From the human T2T-CHM13v2.0 reference genome, Homo sapiens: DNA of 64,000 nucleotides. Made by a program: the position numbers and the translations under genes. Below, in pieces: positions 56,601 through 64,000 of this stretch. Where the stretch lies: the NCBI RefSeq assembly GCF_009914755.1, contig NC_060925.1; one strand, 5' to 3'. The notes below the pieces were generated by a model that saw only the letters and a list, made by a program, of their open reading frames with translations, was not told where the DNA came from and ran no database searches. Each line of letters opens with the position of its first letter. Position 1 is the first letter of the stretch.

Positions 56601-59600
56601 AATGGAATCATCGAATGGACTCGAATGGAATAATCATTGAACGGAATCGAATGGAATCATCATCGGATGGAAACGAATGGAATCATCATCGAATGGAAAT
56701 GAAAGGAGTCATCATCTAATGCAATTGCATGGAATCATCATCAAATGGAATCGAATGGAATCAACATCAAATGGAATCTAATGGAATCATTGAACAGAAT
56801 TGAATGGAATCGTCATCGAATGAATTGACTGCAATCATCGAATGGTCTCGAATGGAATCATCTTGAAATGGAATGGAATGGAATCATCGCATAGAATCGA
56901 ATGGAATTATCATCGAATGGAATCGAATGGAATCAACATCAAACGGAAAAAAACGGAATTATCGAATGGAATCGAAGAGAATCATCGAATGGACCCGAAT
57001 GGAATCATCTAATGGAATGGAATGGAATAATCCATGGACTCGAATGCAATCATCATCGAATGGAATCGAATGGAATCATCGAATGGACTCGAATGGAATA
57101 ATCATTGAACAGAATCGAATGGAATCATCATCGGATGGAAATGAATGGAATCATCATCGTATGGAATCGAATAGAATTATGGAATGAAATCCAGTGTGAT
57201 CATCATCGAATGGACCCGAATGGAATCATCATCCAACGGAAGCTAATGGAATCAACATCGAATGAATCGAATGGAAACACCATCGAATTGAAACGAATGG
57301 AATTATCATGAAATTGAAATGGATGGACTCATCATCGAATGGATTCGAATGGAATCATCGAATAAAATTGATTGAAATCATCATCCAATGGAATCGAATG
57401 GTATCATTGAATGGAATCGAATGGAATCATCATCAGATGGAAATGAATGGAATCGTCATAGAATGGAATCGAATGGATTCATTGAATGGAATCAGATGGA
57501 ATCATCGAATGGACTGGAATGGAATCATTGAATGGACTCGAAAGGGATCAGGATTGAATGGAATTGAATGGAATCATCGAATGGTCTCGATTGGAATCAT
57601 TATCAAATGGAATCGAATGGAATCACCGAATAGAATCGAATGGAACAATCATCGAATGGACTCAAATGGAATTATCCTCAAATGGAATCGAATGGAATTA
57701 TCGAATGCAATCGAATGGAATTATCGAATGCAATCGAATAGAATCATCGAAAGGACTCGAATGGAATCATCGAATGGAATGGAATGGAACAGTCAATGAA
57801 CTCGAATGGAATCATCATTGAATGGAATCGAATGGAATCATCGAGTGGAATCGAATGGAATTATGATCAAATGGAATCGAATGTAATCATCATCAAATGG
57901 AATCAAAAATAACCATCATCAATTGGTATTGAATGGAATTGTCATCAAATGGAATTCAAAGGAATCATCATCAAATGGAACCGAATGGAATCCTCATTGA
58001 ATGGAAATGAAAGGGGTCATCATCTAATGGAATCGCATGGAATCATCATCAAATGGAATCGAATGGAATCATCATCAAATGGAATCTAATGGAATCATTG
58101 AACAGAATTGAATGGACTGGTCATCGAATGAATTGAATGCAATCATCGAATGGTCTCGAATGGAATCATCTTCTAATGGAAAGGAATGGAATCATCGCAT
58201 AGAATCGAATGGAATTATCATCGAATGGAATCGAATGGTATCAACACCAAACGGAAAAAAACGGAACTATCGAATGGAATCGAAGAGAATCTTCGAACGG
58301 ACCCGAATGGAATCATCTAATGGAATGGAATGGAATAATCCATGGACTCGAATGCAATCATCATCGAATGGAATCGAATGGAATCATCGAATGGACTCGA
58401 ATGGAATAATCATTGAACGGAATCGAATGGAATCATCATCGGATGGAAACGAATGGAATCATTATCGAATGGAAATGAAAGGAGTCATCATCTAATGGAA
58501 TTGCATGGAATCATCATAAAATGGAATCGAATGGAATCAACATCAAATGGAATCAAATGGAATCATTCAACGGAATTGAATGGAATCGTCATCGAATGAA
58601 TTGACTGCAATCATCGAATGGTCTCGAATGGAATCATCTTCAAATGGAATGGAATGGAATCATCGCATAGAATCGAATGGAATTATCATCGAATGGAATC
58701 GAATGGAATCAACAACAAACGGAAAAAAACGGAATTATCGAATGGAATCGAAGAGAATCATCGAATGGACCCGAATGGAATCATCTAATGGAATGGAATG
58801 GAATAATCCATGGACTCGAATGCAATCATCAACGAATGGAATCGAATGGAATCATCGAATGAACTCGAATGGAATCATCATTGAATGGAATCGAATGGAA
58901 TCATCGAGTGGAATCGAATGGAATTATGATCAAATGGAATCGAATGTAATCATCATCAAATGGAATCAAAAATAACCATCATCAATTGGTATTGAATGGA
59001 ATTGTCATCAAATGGAATTCAAAGGAATCATCATCAAATGGAACCGAATGGAATCCTCATTGAATGGAAATGAAAGGGGTCATAATCTAATGGAATCGCA
59101 TGGAATCATCATCAAATGGAATCGAATGGAATCATCATCAAATGGAATCTAATGGAATCATTGAACAGAATTGAATGGAATCGTCATCGAATGAATTGAA
59201 TGCAATCATCGAATGGTCTCGAATGGAATCATCTTCTAATGGAAAGGAATGGAATCATCGCATAGAATCGAATGGAATTATCATCGAATGGAATCGAATG
59301 GTATCAACACCAAACGGAAAAAAACGGAATTATCGAATGGAATCGAAGAGAATCTTCGAACGGACCCGAATGGAATCATCTAATGGAATGGAATGGAATA
59401 ATCCATGGACTCGAATGCAATCATCATCGAATGGAATCGAATGGAATCATCGAATGGACTCGAATGGAATAATCATTGAACGGAATCGAATGGAATCATC
59501 ATCGGATGGAAACGAATGGAATCATCATCGAATGGAAATGAAAGGAGTCATCATCTAATGGAATTGCATGGAATCATCATCAAATGGAATCGAATGGAAT

Positions 59601-62013
59601 CAACATCAAATGGAATCAAATGGAATCATTGAACGGAATTGAATGGAATCGTCATCGAATGAATTGACTGCAATCATCGAATGGTCTCGAATGGAATCAT
59701 CTTCAAATGGAATGGAATGGAATCATCGCATAGAATCGAATGGAATTATCATCGAATGGAATCGAATGGAATCAACATCAAACGGAAAAAAACGGAATTA
59801 TCGAATGGAATCGAAGAGAATCATCGAATGGACCCGAATGGAATCATCTAATGGAATGGAACGGAATAATCCATGGACTCGAATGCAATCATCATCGAAT
59901 GGAATCGAATGGAATCATCGAATGGACTCGAATGGAATAATCATTGAACGGAAACGAATGGAATCATCATCGGATGGAAATGAATGGAATCATCATCGAA
60001 TGGAATCGAATAGAATTATGGAATGAAATCCAGTGTGATCATCATCGAATGGACCCGAATGGAATCATCATCCAACGGAAGCTAATGGAATCAACATCGA
60101 ATGAATCCAATGGAAACACCATCGAATTGAAACGAATGGAATTATCATGAAATTGAAATGGATGGACTCATCATCGAATGGATTCGAATGGAATCATCGA
60201 ATAAAATTGATTGAAGTCATCATCGAATGGAATCGAATGGTATCATTGAATGGAATCGAATGGAATCATCATCAGATGGAAATGAATGGAATCGTCATAG
60301 AATGGAATCGAATGGATTCATTGAATGGAATCAGATGGAATCATCGAATGGACTGGAATGGAATCATTGAATGGACTCGAAAGGGATCATGATTGAATGG
60401 AATTGAATGGAATCATCGAATGGTCTCGATTGGAATCATTATCAAATGGAATCGAATGGAATCACCGAATAGAATCGAATGGAACAATCATCGAATGGAC
60501 TCAAATGGAATTATCCTCCAATGGAATCGAATGGAATTATCGAATGCAATCGAATGGAATTATCGAATGCAATCGAATAGAATCATCGAATGGACTCGAA
60601 TGGAATCATCGAATGGAATGGAATGGAACAGTCAATGAACTCGAATGGAATCATCATTGAATGGAATCGAATGGAATCATCGAGTGGAATCGAATGGAAT
60701 TATGATCAAATGGAATCGAATGTAATCATCATCAAATGGAATCAAAAATAACCATCATCAATTGGTATTGAATGGAATTGTCATCAAATGGAATTCAAAG
60801 GAATCATCATCAAATGGAACCGAATGGAATCCTCATTGAATGGAAATGAAAGGGGTCATCATCTAATGGAATCGCATGGAATCATCATCAAATGGAATCG
60901 AATGGAATCATCATCAAATGGAATCTAATGGAATCATTGAACAGAATTGAATGGAATCGTCATCGAATGAATTGAATGCAATCATCGAATGGTCTCGAAT
61001 GGAATCATCTTCTAATGGAAAGGAATGGAATCATCGCATAGAATCGAATGGAATTATCATCGAATGGAATCGAATGGTATCAACACCAAACGGAAAAAAA
61101 CGGAATTATCGAATGGAATCGAAGAGAATCTTCGAACGGACCCGAATGGAATCATCTAATGGAATGGAATGGAATAATCCATGGACTCGAATGCAATCAT
61201 CATCGAATGGAATGGAATGGAATCATCGAATGGACTCGAATGGAATAATCATTGAACGGAATCGAATGGAATCATCATCGGATGGAAACGAATGGAATCA
61301 TCATCGAATGGAAATGAAAGGAGTCATCATCTAATGGAATTGCATGGAATCATCATAAAATGGAATCGAATGGAATCAACATCAAATGGAATCAAATGGA
61401 ATCATTGAACGGAATTGAATGGAATCGTCATCGAATGAATTGACTGCAATCATCGAATGGTCTCGAATGGAATCATCTTCAAATGGAATGGAATGGAATC
61501 ATCGCATAGTATCGAATGGAATTATCATCGAATGGAATCGAATGGAATCAACATCAAACGGAAAAAAACGGAATTATCGAATGGAATCGAAGAGAATCAT
61601 CGAATGGACCCGAATGGAATCATCTAATGGAATGGAATGGAATAATCCATGGACTCGAATGCAATCATCATCGAAAGGAATCAAATGGAATCATCGAATG
61701 AACTCGAATGGAATCATCATTGAATGGAATCGAATGGAATCATCGAGTGGAATCGAATGGAATTATGATCAAATGGAATCGAATGTAATCATCATCAAAT
61801 GGAATCAAAAATAACCATCATCAATTGGTATTGAATGGAATTGTCATCAAATGGAATTCAAAGGAATCATCATCAAATGGAACCGAATGGAATCCTCATT
61901 GAATGGAAATGAAAGGGGTCATCATCTAATGGAATCGCATGGAATCATCATCAAATGGAATCGAATGGAATCATCATCAAATGGAATCTAATGGAATCAT
62001 TGAACAGAATTGA
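50658..62013 (+). repeat. Four consecutive 2,839-bp dimers (1776 + 1063)
   Basis: Unit starts at 50658, 52434, 53497, 55273, 56336, 58112, 59175, 60951, 62014. Deletion junctions at 53180, 56019, 58858 and 61697 are exactly 2839 apart. Confidence 0.92.
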
Positions 62014-64000
62014 ATGGAATCGTCATCGAATGAATTGAATGCAATCATCGAATGGTCTCGAATGGAATCATCTTCTAATGGAAAGGAATGGAATCATCGC
62101 ATAGAATCGAATGGAATTATCATCGAATGGAATCGAATGGTATCAACACCAAACGGAAAAAAACGGAATTATCGAATGGAATCGAAGAGAATCTTCGAAC
62201 GGACCCGAATGGAATCATCTAATGGAATGGAATGGAATAATCCATGGACTCGAATGCAATAATCATCGAATGGAATCGAATGGAATCATCGAATGGACTC
62301 GAATGGAATAATCATTGAACAGAATCGAATGGAATCATCATCGGATGGAAACGAATGGAATCATCATCGAATGGAAATGAAAGGAGTCATCATCTAATGG
62401 AATTGCATGGAATCATCATAAAATGGAATCGAATGGAATCAACATCAAATGGAATCAAATGGAATCATTGAACGGAATTGAATGGAGTCGTCATCGAATG
62501 AATTGAATGCAATCATCGAAAGGTCTCGAATGGAATCATCTTCAAATGGAATGGAATGGAATCATCGCATAGAGTCGAATGGAATTATCATCGAATGGAA
62601 TCGAATGGAATCAACCTCAAACGGAAAAAAACTGAATTATCGAATGGAATCGAAGAGAATCATCGAATGGACCCGAATGGAATCATCTAATGGAATGGAA
62701 TGGAATAATCCATGGACTCGAATGCAATCATCATCGAATGGAATCGAATGGAATCATCGAGTGGACTCGAATGGAATAATCATTGAACGGAATCGAATGG
62801 AATCATCATCGGATGGAAATGAATGGAATCATCATCGAATGGAATCGAATAGAATTATGGAATGAAATCCAGTGTGATCATCATCGAATGGACCCGAATG
62901 GAATCATCATCCAACGGAAGCTAATGGAATCAACATCGAATGAATCGAATGGAAACACCATCGAATTGAAACGAATGGAATTATCATGAAATTGAAATGG
63001 ATGGACTCATCATCGAATGGATTCGAATGGAATCATCGAATAAAATTGATTGAAATCATCATCCAATGGAATCGAATGGTATCATTGAATGGAATCGAAT
63101 GGAATCATCATCAGATGGAAATGAATGGAATCGTCATAGAATGGAATCGAATGGATTCATTGAATGGAATCAGATGGAATCATCGAATGGACTGGAATGG
63201 AATCATTGAATGGACTCGAAAGGGATCATGATTGAATGGAATTGAATGGAATCATCGAATGGTCTCGATTGGAATCATTATCAAATGGAATCGAATGGAA
63301 TCACCGAATAGAATCGAATGGAACAATCATCGAATGGACTCAAATGGAATTATCCTCAAATGGAATCGAATGGAATTATCGAATGCAATGGAATGGAATT
63401 ATCGAATGCAATCGAATAGTATCATCGAATGGACTCGAATGGAATCATCGAATGGAATGGAATGGAACAGTCAATGAACTCGAATGGAATCATCATTGAA
63501 TGGAATCGAATGGAATCATCAAGTGGAATCGAATGGAATTATGATCAAATGGAATCGAATGTAATCATCATCAAATGGAATCAAAAATAACCATCATCAA
63601 TTGGTATTGAATGGAATTGTCATCAAATGGAATTCAAAGGAATCATCATCAAATGGAACCGAATGGAATCCTCATTGAATGGAAATGAAAGGGGTCATCA
63701 TCTAATGGAATCGCATGGAATCATCATCAAATGGAATCGAATGGAATCATCATCAAATGGAATCTAATGGAATCATTGAACAGAATTGAATGGAATCGTC
63801 ATCGAATGAATTGAATGCAATCATCGAATGGTCTCGAATGGAATCATCTTCTAATGGAAAGGAATGGAATCATCGCATAGAATCGAATGGAATTATCATC
63901 GAATGGAATCGAATGGTATCAACACCAAACGGAAAAAAACGGAATTATCGAATGGAATCGAAGAGAATCTTCGAACGGACCCGAATGGAATCATCTAATG

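Larger units (their letters stand above)
1..64000 (+). repeat. Human Satellite II (HSat2/HSATII) tandem array, GGAAT-rich strand on +, ~1.776-kb unit; probably the chr1q12 pericentromeric array
   Basis: Continuous ATCATCGAATGGAATCGAATGGA-type sequence (reverse complement contains CATTCGATTC, the HSat2 signature) with abundant TCGA. Landmarks such as AAATCCAGTGTG, GGAAGCTAA, GAAAGGGGTC and GGAACAGTC recur every 1776 bp. The family call is firm; the chr1 assignment rests on the known 1.77-kb EcoRI unit. Confidence 0.97.

Noticed and set aside
18-63499. Numerous 61-163 aa ORFs (MESSSN..., MELSSN..., MKLKWMD...)
   Set aside because: They are low-complexity translations of GGAAT/ATC repeats, overlap in several frames, recur with the satellite period, and gain or lose stops freely (e.g. 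TTA/TGA toggling 163 aa versus 81 aa). There is no domain or gene-structure evidence.
1-64000. CRISPR-like or other repeat-spacer array
   Set aside because: The 23/26-bp cells are contiguous degenerate copies with no unique spacers, leader or cas genes.
1-64000. Transposon insertion, unique sequence island or strand inversion
   Set aside because: I saw no Alu, L1, poly-A tail or CATTC-oriented segment, and all unit spacings are accounted for by satellite-internal indels.

Overview
The whole 64 kb is one uninterrupted, single-orientation array of human classical Satellite II (HSat2/HSATII). It consists of degenerate GGAAT/CGAAT pentamers organised into 23/26-bp cells such as ATC(ATC)ATCGAATGGAATCGAATGGA, which build a ~1,776-bp unit with one EcoRI site. 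This period matches the known 1.77-kb HSat2 unit of the chromosome 1q12 pericentromeric block; the chromosome assignment is from recall, not alignment. I find no real genes, RNA genes, transposon insertions, inversions or CRISPR array, and all listed ORFs are translations of the satellite. Taking the recurring A-subunit start as a ruler, there are 38 complete units between 1671 and 63790: 22 x 1776, 6 x 1750, 6 x 1063, 2 x 1308, 1 x 1773 and 1 x 1780 bp. The interesting signal is array architecture: nested higher-order periods (5,328, 4,589 and 2,839 bp), recurrent deletion variants, subunit conversion, and one ~200-bp tract about 10% diverged that looks imported from another HSat2 lineage. 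I do not see evidence for a novel protein-coding or RNA-guided system.
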